From: an uncultured Gammaproteobacteria bacterium
Lineage (GTDB): Bacteria > Patescibacteriota > Patescibacteriia > Magasanikbacterales > GWA2-37-8
Length of the DNA stretch: 52,166 nt
Direction of reading: 5' to 3'
NCBI GenBank assembly: GCA_964516735.1
Contig: CAZEYR010000002.1
Span: 1 to 52,166, forward strand
Numbering within the stretch: the stretch's first letter is position 1; every line of letters begins with the position of its first letter. Positions 36,173-46,391 of the stretch are shown here, piece after piece. A program made the translations under genes and the position numbers. The notes under the pieces were generated by a model. The model was not told the DNA's origin and searched no databases. It was given only the letters and a program-made list of their open reading frames with translations.

Positions 36173-37660
36173 TTATTTTTCTTTACTTTCTGGTTTTAAA
36201 GTTGGAAATAAAATCACTTCTTTTAAATTTTGGGCATTAACTAATAATTTTATCAAACGATCGATACCCATACCCAAACCGGCAGTTGGCGGCATACCGT
36301 GTTTTAAAGCCCTAACATAATCTTCGTCGTATGGCATACTTTCTTCGTCGCCGCCCCGGCCCAATTTTTCCTGCTCTTTGAATCTATTTTCTTGATCAAG
36401 CGGATCGTTTAATTCAGAAAAACCATTGCACAATTCGTTTCCACCCACACAAACCAATTGCATTCTTTCTACATATCTCGGGTCTTCTTTTTTAGCTTTG
36501 GCCAAAGGTGATAATTCTACGGGGTGATCAATCATAAAGACCGGATTGATAATATATGGCCGGGCAAAAGTTTTATAAATTTCATCAATTAATTTACCAC
36601 GACCGGTGGTTTTATCTATACCTTCTATTTTCATTTCCATGGCTTTGTTAAACATGGCTTTTTGGTCTGGATAATCTTCAATGTCAATTTTAGCGTATTG
36701 TTTGATCAATTCACGCATGGTTTTACGCGGATAAGGTGGGGTAAAATCCACTTCTTGCTCATCGCTTTTAATTTTTAAAGGCAAACCAACCGCCTTTAAC
36801 ATTTTTGGCAATAAGTCTTCCATTAAATTTATCAAATCTTTATAGTTGGCATAGGCCCAATAAAACTCAATTTGAGTAAACTCCGGATTGTGGTTATGAT
36901 CGATCCCCTCGTTGCGGAAACATTTAGCAATTTCATAGACTTTTTCGAGACCTCCTACAATTAATCTTTTTAAATACAATTCTGGAGCAATACGTAGATA
37001 AAGTTTCATGTCCAAAGTATTGTGATGTGTTACAAACGGGCGAGCGTTGGCCCCGCCATACAACGTTTGTAGTATGGGAGTCTCTACTTCATAAAAACCT
37101 TTGTTATCAAAATAATTACGAATTTCACGAACCAATAAACTCCGTATTTGGGCAATCCGCATGGCTTCCTCGTTGGAAATCAAATCCAGATACCTTTGGC
37201 GATAGCGGATTTCTACATCGCTTAAACCGTGAAATTTTTCTGGCAACGGCAAAAGAGCTTTAGATAGTAAAGTATATTTTTTAGCTAAAACAGAAATCTC
37301 ACCTTTATGAGTGATAAACATGGTCCCCTCCACTTCCACAAAATCTCCCATGTCAAAGTTTTTAATAAAAAATTTATAGCTATCTTTATTAAGTTCTTTT
37401 TCAGAGAAAGCTATTTGTAGACGGTCGCTATTATCTTTGAGATGCACAAAGCATAATTTGCCCATTTCTCTTTTGGTCATAATACGACCAGCGACTTTAA
37501 CCGAAGTGCCCTCGGCACTTTTTTTAGCTTCGTTTAAAGTGTGCTGTCGGCCACAGGCGGCCGGATAGGCTTCTTGTCCTGCCGTTTTAAAATTTTCTAA
37601 GTGCTGTAAACGTACTATTTCTTCGTTGATATTTTGTTCTGGCATACTAAAATTATTCAA
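36173..37660 (-). CDS. lysS: lysine--tRNA ligase (class II)
   Basis: OB anticodon-binding domain, plus class II motifs (FRNEGID, GMGIDRL). Confidence 0.95.
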   Translation of the reverse strand: MNNFSMPEQNINEEIVRLQHLENFKTAGQEAYPAACGRQHTLNEAKKSAEGTSVKVAGRIMTKREMGKLCFVHLKDNSDRLQIAFSEKELNKDSYKFFIKNFDMGDFVEVEGTMFITHKGEISVLAKKYTLLSKALLPLPEKFHGLSDVEIRYRQRYLDLISNEEAMRIAQIRSLLVREIRNYFDNKGFYEVETPILQTLYGGANARPFVTHHNTLDMKLYLRIAPELYLKRLIVGGLEKVYEIAKCFRNEGIDHNHNPEFTQIEFYWAYANYKDLINLMEDLLPKMLKAVGLPLKIKSDEQEVDFTPPYPRKTMRELIKQYAKIDIEDYPDQKAMFNKAMEMKIEGIDKTTGRGKLIDEIYKTFARPYIINPVFMIDHPVELSPLAKAKKEDPRYVERMQLVCVGGNELCNGFSELNDPLDQENRFKEQEKLGRGGDEESMPYDEDYVRALKHGMPPTAGLGMGIDRLIKLLVNAQNLKEVILFPTLKPESKEK

Positions 37661-37696
37661 GTATATGATTGAATTTATTGGCTTTTAGCTACTTGA

Positions 37697-37725
37697 ATTG
37701 TACCTAATTTTAGCCAATAAGTCAA
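37697..37725 (-). promoter_or_regulatory. sigma70-type promoter of lysS
   Basis: On the minus strand: TTGACT (37725-37720), 17 nt spacer, TACAAT (37702-37697). Confidence 0.45.
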
Positions 37726-37753
37726 AACCCGTTCGGGATAGGCGAACGGGTTT
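37724..37753 (-). terminator. intrinsic terminator after greA
   Basis: On the minus strand: CCCGTTCG-loop-CGAACGGG followed by TTTT. Confidence 0.6.
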
Positions 37754-37774
37754 CGGGATCAATGATAGTCAGGG

Positions 37775-38248
37775 TTATTTTACCTCTAAAATTTCATATT
37801 TTTGTTTACCGGCCGGAGTGGTAATTTCCACTTTTTCTCCTTTCTCGTGACCGATTAATGCTTCGCCGATTGGTGATTCATTAGAAATCAGACCTTTTAG
37901 TGGATTGGCTTCTTGCGGACCAACAATCGTATATTCTTTTTCTTTTCCATTTACCTTAATTTTGACTGTGCTGCCGACAGCAATTTCGCCAGTCTTTTCA
38001 TCTTTAGTAATTACTTTGGCATTTTCTAAGATATGCTCAATTTCGTTTAAACGGCCTTGAGCCCAAGACATATCCTCTCTAGCTTGATGGTATTCGGCAT
38101 TTTCTGACAGATCGCCTTGCTGGCGAGCAGAATCTATTCTGGCAGCAATTTCTAAAATAGTTTTATTTTTTAACTGTTCCAGTTCTTTTTTTAAAGCGTC
38201 TAAACTATCAGTGGTCAGATAGTAAACTTTTTGTTCATCAGAGGACAT
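37775..38248 (-). CDS. greA: transcription elongation factor GreA
   Basis: Coiled-coil N-domain with the DLSENAEY acidic tip motif, plus a C-terminal FKBP-like domain. 157 aa. Confidence 0.93.
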   Translation of the reverse strand: MSSDEQKVYYLTTDSLDALKKELEQLKNKTILEIAARIDSARQQGDLSENAEYHQAREDMSWAQGRLNEIEHILENAKVITKDEKTGEIAVGSTVKIKVNGKEKEYTIVGPQEANPLKGLISNESPIGEALIGHEKGEKVEITTPAGKQKYEILEVK

Positions 38249-38329
38249 AAAACAAAATTAAAATTTATTTTTAACTTATTTGGCAGTATAACACATCGTT
38301 TTTAAGGGCACAAGTTATTTGGCTGTGGA

Positions 38330-40309
38330 CTATTTTAAATATTTTTTTCCCCACCAAGCGAGAAAATCACGAGCGATTGGCATAGCTGCAGTGCTTCCCT
38401 CTTCCCCTTCTTCTACCAACACCACAACGACTATTTGCGGGTTATAGTAAGGCGCGAAAGAAGCAAACCAAGCATGATCTGGTTTGGTGCTATTCCACTG
38501 GGCGGTTCCCGTTTTTCCAGCTGCTAAAAAAGGTAAGGTTTTTAGCAATTGACAGCTTCCTTCAGTCACACATTGACGCATCCCCTGTTGGACAATTAGT
38601 ATATTTTCTTCAGAAACCATGTTTTCATTTAAAATTACCGGTTTTTTTACCACCTCTTTTTTAGTAGTCGGATCGATATTTTTGTTTAATAAATGAGGTT
38701 CAATTACCTTGCCTCCATTAGCTATGGCTGAAGTCCAAACCGCTACCTGCAACGGAGTCACCAACAAATTACCTTGTCCAATCGATAAATTATAAGTATC
38801 ACCAACATACCAACGTTCTCCCCGGTTTCTTTCTTTCCAGTCTTTGGTAGGTACAAAACCGCTATTTTCGCCCGGTAAATCAATGCCGGTTTTTTGTCCT
38901 AAATAAAAAGCGGTCATGTATTTGTAAATCTTATCTACTCCCAAACCGACAAAATTTTTATAACCACCGCCTATATAATAAAAATAGGTATTTACCGACC
39001 ACGCCAAAGCTTTAGTAACATTGGTTACGCCGTGCCCTCCGGCTTTCCAGTCTTTAAACAAATGCCCACCAACTTCTAATCCGCCTACGCTCAAAAAAGT
39101 AGTATTGATATTAACTAATTTTTCTTGCAAAGCCGCGGCCGCTACTATCATTTTTGCGGTAGAGCCAGAAGGATAAGTGCCACCAATCGCCCGATTAAAC
39201 AAAGGCCGGTTTTGATCAGAGTTATATCCATCATAGGTGGCCTGATCGATTCCACCGGAAAAATCATTGTTATTAAAAGATGGCCAGCTGACCATTGCTA
39301 AAATTCCCCCATTTTGTGGATTCATAGCAATTGCTACGGCTCGAGTTTTATTTAAATATTTTAGTCTTTGTTTAATTAATTTTTCCATTTCTGCTTGAGC
39401 TTCTTTGTCTAATGTTAAATAAACATTTTTCCCGGGGACAGGCGCTTCTTCGGCCAGAACGTTCATTTCTTTACCGGCGGCATTAACTTCAATTTTTTTT
39501 CGGCCGTACTTTCCTCTTAATTCATTTTCATAAATTTTCTCCAAACCAGTTTTACCTAAATTGTCTGTTAACAAATAGCCGCTATTTTTTAAACGAGCCA
39601 GCTCCTCATCATTTAATTTACCTAAATAACCCAATAGGTGCGAAAGGCTCAGTAAATTAGCATCCGGATCGTCAGCTGAATTTAGGTAATAACGTTTAGT
39701 TCCTTTTTCAATTTGAATTCCCGGCAGATCCGAGTTCTGTATATACAATTTTAAAGCAGTATTGTAGTCTAAATTTTCTTTAATTATTAAAGATTCATAA
39801 CTATAATTTTTATATTTTTTAATTAAATCACGAATGACTTGGGAGTCTACCCCGCCAATTTCTGAAACTTTTAAAATTAAAGCCTCGCGCTCTTCTTCTT
39901 TGCGCGGTAAATCCTGCGGTACAATTGCTAAAGAAAAATTTGGCACATTTTGTACTAACTCATGACCAAAACAGTCATAAATAATTCCTCTTTCGGCAGG
40001 AATAGGACGTAAACGAACCCGATTCCCCTCAGCAAGTTCGCGGTAGTAGCCACCATTTATGATTTGTAAATAAAAGACTCTTAAAAATACCAAAAATAAT
40101 CCCAGAAAGATTATTCCCATCATTAATTTAACGCGTCTAGATTCAAAGCTTAAACCCAAATAACTTTTCGTCTGCGGGGGTTTAATTTGTTTGCCGGCAT
40201 TTCCTTCAAAGATAAAAGAGCCTTCTACCCAAGATTTTTTATATTTTCCATTTAAATTGCCACTAGAAATTTTCGAGTCGCTATAATCAAAAAGTTGGCG
40301 TTCCCTCAT
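38330..40309 (-). CDS. mrdA: penicillin-binding protein 2 (elongasome transpeptidase)
   Basis: PBP dimerisation domain; STAK (SxxK), SVN (SxN) and KTGTA motifs. Follows mreBCD. Confidence 0.88.
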   Translation of the reverse strand: MRERQLFDYSDSKISSGNLNGKYKKSWVEGSFIFEGNAGKQIKPPQTKSYLGLSFESRRVKLMMGIIFLGLFLVFLRVFYLQIINGGYYRELAEGNRVRLRPIPAERGIIYDCFGHELVQNVPNFSLAIVPQDLPRKEEEREALILKVSEIGGVDSQVIRDLIKKYKNYSYESLIIKENLDYNTALKLYIQNSDLPGIQIEKGTKRYYLNSADDPDANLLSLSHLLGYLGKLNDEELARLKNSGYLLTDNLGKTGLEKIYENELRGKYGRKKIEVNAAGKEMNVLAEEAPVPGKNVYLTLDKEAQAEMEKLIKQRLKYLNKTRAVAIAMNPQNGGILAMVSWPSFNNNDFSGGIDQATYDGYNSDQNRPLFNRAIGGTYPSGSTAKMIVAAAALQEKLVNINTTFLSVGGLEVGGHLFKDWKAGGHGVTNVTKALAWSVNTYFYYIGGGYKNFVGLGVDKIYKYMTAFYLGQKTGIDLPGENSGFVPTKDWKERNRGERWYVGDTYNLSIGQGNLLVTPLQVAVWTSAIANGGKVIEPHLLNKNIDPTTKKEVVKKPVILNENMVSEENILIVQQGMRQCVTEGSCQLLKTLPFLAAGKTGTAQWNSTKPDHAWFASFAPYYNPQIVVVVLVEEGEEGSTAAMPIARDFLAWWGKKYLK

Positions 40310-40860
40310 ATCATTCCTCCAGATTGGCTTGTATTCAAATATTTTGAGCCCAGTCTTTTAAACAACAAGCGAAAAATTAAATATATAAATAAAGTTACAA
40401 TTGGAGTCAAAAATATTTCCATCAAAGAATTTAAAATGATTTCTAAAAGCCCCACATAATTGACAGGGGCTTTGTCCAAAAATTTAGTTAACAAGAGTAG
40501 TAAAATAAAAATACTCCGATATAGTAAAATTACTACCGCTGTAGATAAGTAAACGATTAGGAAAGAACGATTGGTAAAAATTTTTTTTAAAAACCAATCA
40601 ATAATCATCAAGCTACCCAGCAAAGAAAGGCTGATTAAACCGAAACCTTTGGCCGTAAAAGATTCCAATAAAAAAGCTAGCGGAATATAATACCAAAAAA
40701 TTTCTCGCTGTGGGCTAATAACTGTAAATAATATCACTACAATAAATATAATGTTAATGTGATTGAATGGCCAAGGAAAAAAATTACCGATAAAATAATA
40801 GGCAAAAAAAACTAGTCCGGTGATTAAAATACTCAAAATAATCTTGAGTAGGTATCTCAT
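40306..40860 (-). CDS. mreD: rod shape-determining protein MreD-like (by position and topology)
   Basis: 184 aa polytopic membrane protein located between mreC and mrdA. No strong sequence motif. Confidence 0.55.
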   Translation of the reverse strand: MRYLLKIILSILITGLVFFAYYFIGNFFPWPFNHINIIFIVVILFTVISPQREIFWYYIPLAFLLESFTAKGFGLISLSLLGSLMIIDWFLKKIFTNRSFLIVYLSTAVVILLYRSIFILLLLLTKFLDKAPVNYVGLLEIILNSLMEIFLTPIVTLFIYLIFRLLFKRLGSKYLNTSQSGGMI

Positions 40861-40861
40861 A

Positions 40862-41662
40862 TTAATTGGTCAGCAAAACGTCAACTAAAAATATCTTGGA
40901 CAAATCAACCGCTGGGGTTAATACAGCTTGTTGAAAGGGCTGGTAGGCTTCATTTTCAATCGCCGCCACCGTACCGATTAAAAGTCCGCGCGGAATGTTT
41001 CTTTCCAAACCAGAGGTGACCACCTGATCGCCGATGACGATTACTTCGTTGCGAGGAATAAAGCCCATTCTAACACTAATTCCATAACCCCCTTCTACTA
41101 CCCCCAAACTACGATCACGATTTAAAATAGTGGCCGCTATTTTATTTTGATTGTCATTAATCAATCGTAAAAAAGAAATATTTTTTTCTACCTTAATAAT
41201 TTTCCCAACCAAAATTCCTTCCCCTACTGTCACCGGCTGATCAATTTTTATTCCTGACTCTTCGCCGCGATCAATAATAATTACCCTATCAGCTCCATCC
41301 GCATCTTGACCGATTATCCTAGCCGACACTAAAGGCAGTTTGACTTCTTGTTTAAAATTCAACTGTTTTTTTAGTTCATTATTTTCTTCTAACAATAGTT
41401 TATTGGTAGTTTGTATTTTGGTTAAGTTGGCTAAATCCAACAAACATTTAGCATTCTCGTCTAATAATGCTTGCTTGTTGGAATAGAATTTGTATTGTTC
41501 TCCGGTATTTACTTTTAATTGATAGATTGAATCAAACTGTTTTAAAAAAATATTCCGAATTAAATTTTTAAATGGTGATAACCAACCAATTAAATTCAAA
41601 AAAATAAGCACCAATAAACAGGCGCCTAAAATTACAAAATTTTTATGGCTACGATTACGCAT
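40862..41662 (-). CDS. mreC: rod shape-determining protein MreC
   Basis: N-terminal TM segment, coiled coil, then beta-barrel domains with the GQPVTVGEGILVGKI / VVTSGL pattern typical of MreC. Confidence 0.85.
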   Translation of the reverse strand: MRNRSHKNFVILGACLLVLIFLNLIGWLSPFKNLIRNIFLKQFDSIYQLKVNTGEQYKFYSNKQALLDENAKCLLDLANLTKIQTTNKLLLEENNELKKQLNFKQEVKLPLVSARIIGQDADGADRVIIIDRGEESGIKIDQPVTVGEGILVGKIIKVEKNISFLRLINDNQNKIAATILNRDRSLGVVEGGYGISVRMGFIPRNEVIVIGDQVVTSGLERNIPRGLLIGTVAAIENEAYQPFQQAVLTPAVDLSKIFLVDVLLTN

Positions 41663-41673
41663 ATAATCCCTTT

Positions 41674-42723
41674 TTAAATATCAATCTTTGGGGAAACATT
41701 AACTTCTTTTAATAAATCTTCATCTTCCAAAAGTAATCCCGTACCGCGCACGACGGCTGTTAGGGGGTCATCAGCGATTCTAACAGGAATTTCTGTGGCC
41801 CGGCTGATGAGTTTTTCTACCCCGCGCAGCAGGGCGCCACCGCCTGATAACAAAATTCCTCGTTCATGGATATCGGCTACTAATTCTGGAGGAGTGGTTT
41901 CCAAAGTTGCCTTAATATTTTCTACAATGGTACGCAAAGAACGCGAAATAGCCTCTCGCACTTGTGAATCATTGATTAAAACTTCTTTGGGTAGGCCGGT
42001 CACTAAATCACGGCCACGCATTGGAAATTGCATCGATTCGGTCAATTCTACCGCGGAACCAATTTTAATTTTAATTTCTTCCGCCTGTCTTTCGCCGACT
42101 AACAAATTAAATACTTCACGAGCGTATTGCACAATATTGTTATTAAATTCGTCACCGGCGATTTTTATAGAACGAGCATTTACTATCCCGCTTAAAGAAA
42201 TTACCCCAATTTCGGCCGTGCCACCACCAATGTCTACAATAAAATTGCCGATCGCTTCTCGAATTGGCATTCTCGAACCAATCGCCGCCGCCATTGGCTC
42301 TTCTACCAACCAAACTTCTCTCGCTCCGGCATTCAATACGGCATCACTTACCGCTTTTCTTTCTACCTCGGTAATATTTAATGGCACGCCGACTACTACT
42401 CGCGGTCGGGATATCATATTAAAATTTCCCTCGGAAACTTTATCGATAAAATAAGTCAACATTTTTTCTGTCACTTCAAAATCTGAAATAATTCCTCCGG
42501 TTAGCGGTCGAGTAGTGGAAATATGGGGCGGAGTTTTTCCTAACATATCCTTGGCTTCATTACCAACCGACAAAATTTGTTCGGTGCGCATGTTGATAGA
42601 CACCACGCTTGGTTCGTTGATCACAATTCCACGCCCTTTTACATACACTAAAGTGTTAGCGGTGCCCAAATCAATTCCTAAATCTTTTCTAAATTTATTA
42701 ATTAAGTTTCTAAACATAATCAT
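41674..42723 (-). CDS. mreB: rod shape-determining protein MreB
   Basis: Actin-fold motifs DLGIDLGTANT, VDIGGGTAE and LSGGGALL. Start set at the ATG at 42723 (MIMFRNL...) because the tracked start at 42762 is a TTG deep inside the upstream gene. Confidence 0.93.
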   Translation of the reverse strand: MIMFRNLINKFRKDLGIDLGTANTLVYVKGRGIVINEPSVVSINMRTEQILSVGNEAKDMLGKTPPHISTTRPLTGGIISDFEVTEKMLTYFIDKVSEGNFNMISRPRVVVGVPLNITEVERKAVSDAVLNAGAREVWLVEEPMAAAIGSRMPIREAIGNFIVDIGGGTAEIGVISLSGIVNARSIKIAGDEFNNNIVQYAREVFNLLVGERQAEEIKIKIGSAVELTESMQFPMRGRDLVTGLPKEVLINDSQVREAISRSLRTIVENIKATLETTPPELVADIHERGILLSGGGALLRGVEKLISRATEIPVRIADDPLTAVVRGTGLLLEDEDLLKEVNVSPKIDI

Positions 42724-43108
42724 TGTTGCGGTATTTTCTGTTCGTAAAGATAATCCCCTCAATAATCGCGTAAAAAATACCTAAAATAATAGCCACCCAC
42801 CAAGTAAATAGCTGGGCTTGTAACAAAATTAAAACTAAAATCGCCAAGGTAGACAAAAAAGCTCCTTGACGAAAAGTACGTTTGACATGGCGAAAAACCA
42901 ATCGTTCATCTTTCAACATCTTTTTCCTAATCAAAAATCCACTTACCGAAATCGTGCCTAAAATAGCCAAAAATAAGCTAATATAGAAAAAAATAAAACC
43001 AAGCCAACCAGATTTGTTCGGGTCTAAGCTAGTAATTACAAAAAACCAAGCCAACCAGCAGCCAGCTGTGCCAAGGGACATTAAAATAAGATATTGACGC
43101 AAATTCAT
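42710..43108 (-). CDS. hypothetical membrane protein (4 TM)
   Basis: Hydrophobic segments throughout. No recognised motif. Confidence 0.5.
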   Translation of the reverse strand: MNLRQYLILMSLGTAGCWLAWFFVITSLDPNKSGWLGFIFFYISLFLAILGTISVSGFLIRKKMLKDERLVFRHVKRTFRQGAFLSTLAILVLILLQAQLFTWWVAIILGIFYAIIEGIIFTNRKYRNNDYV

Positions 43109-43156
43109 AGCCTAGCTATTTTAGTAAATTAGGCCGGTTTTGGCAATAGCCATTTT

Positions 43157-43447
43157 TTAAGCTAAATAGCGAATTTTAGCTACTGCAATTTGCCCTGCTA
43201 CCTGATTAATTTCGTCAATAATTTTTTCTTCATTTATCTTTATCTCTTGAGCGGCCACCGAGCTAAGACAAGCAATAGATAAAATCCTATTTTTAATATA
43301 AACCGCTTGGGCAATGTCAATAATTTTTTCACCAAAAAATTTTATCAAAATTTGATTGGCTTTTTCTACGGTCATGGCAGCGCTAATCCCCCGCAACAAC
43401 GGTGAACGGTTCGCTTTAAATTTAAATATATCGCCTAACGACTGCAT
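43157..43447 (-). CDS. DUF721/DciA-like small protein
   Basis: 96 aa. The pattern ...A.V...NRILSIACLSSVAAQEIK... resembles DUF721 (the family containing DciA). Tentative. Confidence 0.5.
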   Translation of the reverse strand: MQSLGDIFKFKANRSPLLRGISAAMTVEKANQILIKFFGEKIIDIAQAVYIKNRILSIACLSSVAAQEIKINEEKIIDEINQVAGQIAVAKIRYLA

Positions 43448-43449
43448 AT

Positions 43450-46389
43450 TTATTCTCTAAAATCACAAATATCTCTAAAATCACAATGATCACAGGCAAA
43501 CTTACTGGGAGTCGCAACAAAATTTTTAGAATGAATTTTATCAATAATTTCTTTTAATCTTTCTTTCAATTTTTCTTTTTCTTTTTCAGTACCCAAAAAC
43601 GACACCTTGACGTTATCATTGAGATAAAAGTACGTTAGTTGACTCGGCTGTCCTAAAATTTGATATTCTGGTAATTGCTCCGCGGCAATTTGATAAATCA
43701 AAAGCTGATCTTTATCTTCGCCTACAACTTTTTCTTTAGCCTTGCCAGTTTTATAATCAATAATTTCTAATGTTCCATCAGGTAATTGATCTACTCGATC
43801 GATCCGACCGTGCACCAGATAATCTCCCACTTTAATTTTAAACCAAGATTCCAAGCATACAGGTATCGTCCAATTATTTTCTTGAGTTTTATAAAAAATT
43901 TTGATAATTTCTTCTCCTTTTTTATAATATTTGTTGCGCTGTGTTTCGTCTTTGTACCAGTCTTCCATCCAATGTTTTTTATACATTTCTTGTAATTCAT
44001 CCAAATTTGGCACTTTAATTGCGGTTTTAGCCACCGTAGTCGGTTCTAAAATGGTAAACAAATTAGCTTGCTCTACCTGATTAAGCGCTTGTATTTTTTG
44101 ATAAAATTCTTGTAAAGTACCGTGCAAGGATTGGCCGAAACTAAAACTAGCCGTGCCGCGCACTGGAATTTTTAGGATATGCGCCAGTTTATATTGGTAG
44201 GGGCAAGTATCATAAGATTTAACTTGAGAAAAAGAAAAAGCTTTTGGCAATTCATAAAAAAATTCGCCTGTTTCGTTTTTTTCTATTGGCGCAGAAATAT
44301 CTAGCGCAGTTTTTTCTTCCGATCTATCTTTTTTAGTCGCCATAAAATCCAACTCTGATAAAAAACGACTGATTTTTTTAGCGCGCGCACCGCCGTAGTC
44401 GTCGGCTGAAGTTAGATACAATCTTTGCTTAGCCCGAGTGATACCCACATAAAACAATCGCCTTTCTTCTTGGTAATGGCTGTCCCCTTCCGGTAGTTGC
44501 TCTTTAATTAAAGCGACCGGAATTTCTATACCGCCGCCTCTAGCTCTAGACGGTACCCGTTCTTCCACTAAATTCACTAAAAAAACATACTTAAACTCCA
44601 AACCTTTGGAGGCGTGAACAGTCATGATATTGATAGAATCTGGCGTGTCGGTAGCTTGATACAAAGATCCTTTGTCTCCGGATTCTAAAACATAATCATA
44701 TTGTTCTAAAAATTGTTTTACTTTAGCCCCCGATATGGTTGTTTCAAATTTTGCCAAATAATCAAAAAACTGTTTAAGTTGATAAATTTGTCGAATGATT
44801 TGTCGGTTACCGGCCGCTTCTTCTTTGGTTAAATAATTCAAATAACCGCTTTCATTTAAAAATTCATAAAGCACCGTGGTAGGTTTGCTGTAACGCGCCC
44901 GTTTCATACCATTATGCATAAAGCTAATCAATTTTTGCGCCAAAATTGCTCCTTCGGCCGATACCCCAAATTCTTCCACCCGTTTCAAGGCCTCATAATA
45001 TCCAATGGATTTTTTATGTGCCTGATGAATAATTTTCTGCAAATCATTTTCTTTAAATCCTAAAAAAGGCAAACACATCAAACGATAGATGGCCGCTGAA
45101 TCATAATAATTATCAATCACTCTAAAAAAGTTTACCCCATCCAAAACAATCGGTTGGCGATACAATCCCACCGAAGAAAGATACTCATACGGCAAATGCC
45201 TTTTTTCCAATAAATTTATAAAGGGGTCAGCGTGATTGTTGGCTCGAACTAAAATCGCAAAGTCATCCCAAACCACTTCTGGATTATTTTCTTTAATTTT
45301 TATTATTTCGTCTATTACACTCTGTACTTCCATATCTAAAGTCGGAACATGGATATGGCAAACTGATTTTTCGCCATTATCTTCTGCTTTAGAAACTAAT
45401 TTCTTATCAATTTTTAATTTAACTTCCAGACGATCAGGATTGTTGTTTTGGATTAATTTATACGATAAATCCAAAATCTCTTGCCGGGAACGATAATTTT
45501 CGTTTAGTACTATTTCAGTAGAATCAGGAAAATCATCTTTAAAACGTAAAATATTTGACACCGATGCTCCGCGAAAAGCATAGATACTTTGATCGTCATC
45601 ACCTACTACTGTCAACTGGTTATTTTTTCCAACTAATTTTCGCACTAAATAATATTGCGCCCAATTTACATCTTGAAATTCATCCACCAAAATATATTTA
45701 AACCGTTTTTGTAAAGCTTCCAAAATTGCCGGCCGTTTTTCTAAAAGTTGAATTGTGTAGAATATTAAATCACCAAAATCTAAACTATTATTATCTAAAA
45801 GCAGCTGATTATACACGTGGTAGGCGTTAGAGAGTTCTCGCACCCTTTTTATTTCTTCTTCTGGAAATCGAACATTGTCTTTGTCCAACTGCTGCCCTTC
45901 GGCATATTCCAAATAACTTCTGGGGGTGATTAACTCATCTTTACATTTAGAAAAATGACGAATCAATTCATGAATATGTTTTGAAGGATTTCCTAACGGG
46001 CGATAATAATCCAGATCAAATTTATCTAAATTCTGGCGAATTAAAAGCCATGCATCGGTTTCCGTTAGCAATTTGAACTGATTGGATAAGCCGATTTCTA
46101 GGCCGTAACGTTCCAAAATTTTCTGGCAGAAAGCATGAAAAGTACAAATTTCCATTTCGGCATAGCCAATATCCAAAATTTCATCTACCCGATCTAAAAT
46201 CTCCGTCGCCGCTTTTTCATTAAAAGCCAGGGCCAAAATTTCTTCTGGTTTGGCTAGATTGTTTTTTATTAAATAAGAAATTTTTTGGGTAATGACAGTA
46301 GTTTTGCCAGTGCCAGCTCCCGCTACAATCAATAGCGGACCACGAACATGTTCCACGGCTTTTTGTTGGGCTTGATTCAAAGGTTTCAT
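43450..46389 (-). CDS. UvrD/PcrA-type SF1 helicase fused to a C-terminal PD-(D/E)XK (AddB/Cas4-like) nuclease with a Cys cluster
   Basis: Walker A AGAGTGKTTV, DEFQD, and motif VI VGITRAK. C-terminal GRIDRVD...EIIDYKTGK nuclease motif, with CPYQY upstream and CDHCDFRDIC at the end (Fe-S-type spacing). Confidence 0.85.
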   Translation of the reverse strand: MKPLNQAQQKAVEHVRGPLLIVAGAGTGKTTVITQKISYLIKNNLAKPEEILALAFNEKAATEILDRVDEILDIGYAEMEICTFHAFCQKILERYGLEIGLSNQFKLLTETDAWLLIRQNLDKFDLDYYRPLGNPSKHIHELIRHFSKCKDELITPRSYLEYAEGQQLDKDNVRFPEEEIKRVRELSNAYHVYNQLLLDNNSLDFGDLIFYTIQLLEKRPAILEALQKRFKYILVDEFQDVNWAQYYLVRKLVGKNNQLTVVGDDDQSIYAFRGASVSNILRFKDDFPDSTEIVLNENYRSRQEILDLSYKLIQNNNPDRLEVKLKIDKKLVSKAEDNGEKSVCHIHVPTLDMEVQSVIDEIIKIKENNPEVVWDDFAILVRANNHADPFINLLEKRHLPYEYLSSVGLYRQPIVLDGVNFFRVIDNYYDSAAIYRLMCLPFLGFKENDLQKIIHQAHKKSIGYYEALKRVEEFGVSAEGAILAQKLISFMHNGMKRARYSKPTTVLYEFLNESGYLNYLTKEEAAGNRQIIRQIYQLKQFFDYLAKFETTISGAKVKQFLEQYDYVLESGDKGSLYQATDTPDSINIMTVHASKGLEFKYVFLVNLVEERVPSRARGGGIEIPVALIKEQLPEGDSHYQEERRLFYVGITRAKQRLYLTSADDYGGARAKKISRFLSELDFMATKKDRSEEKTALDISAPIEKNETGEFFYELPKAFSFSQVKSYDTCPYQYKLAHILKIPVRGTASFSFGQSLHGTLQEFYQKIQALNQVEQANLFTILEPTTVAKTAIKVPNLDELQEMYKKHWMEDWYKDETQRNKYYKKGEEIIKIFYKTQENNWTIPVCLESWFKIKVGDYLVHGRIDRVDQLPDGTLEIIDYKTGKAKEKVVGEDKDQLLIYQIAAEQLPEYQILGQPSQLTYFYLNDNVKVSFLGTEKEKEKLKERLKEIIDKIHSKNFVATPSKFACDHCDFRDICDFRE

Positions 46390-46391
46390 AA

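Noticed and set aside
41795-42454. 219 aa plus-strand ORF antisense to mreB
   Set aside because: It lies entirely within the highly conserved mreB coding region. Its translation is S/T/I/A-rich with no motifs, so it is a typical antisense open frame.
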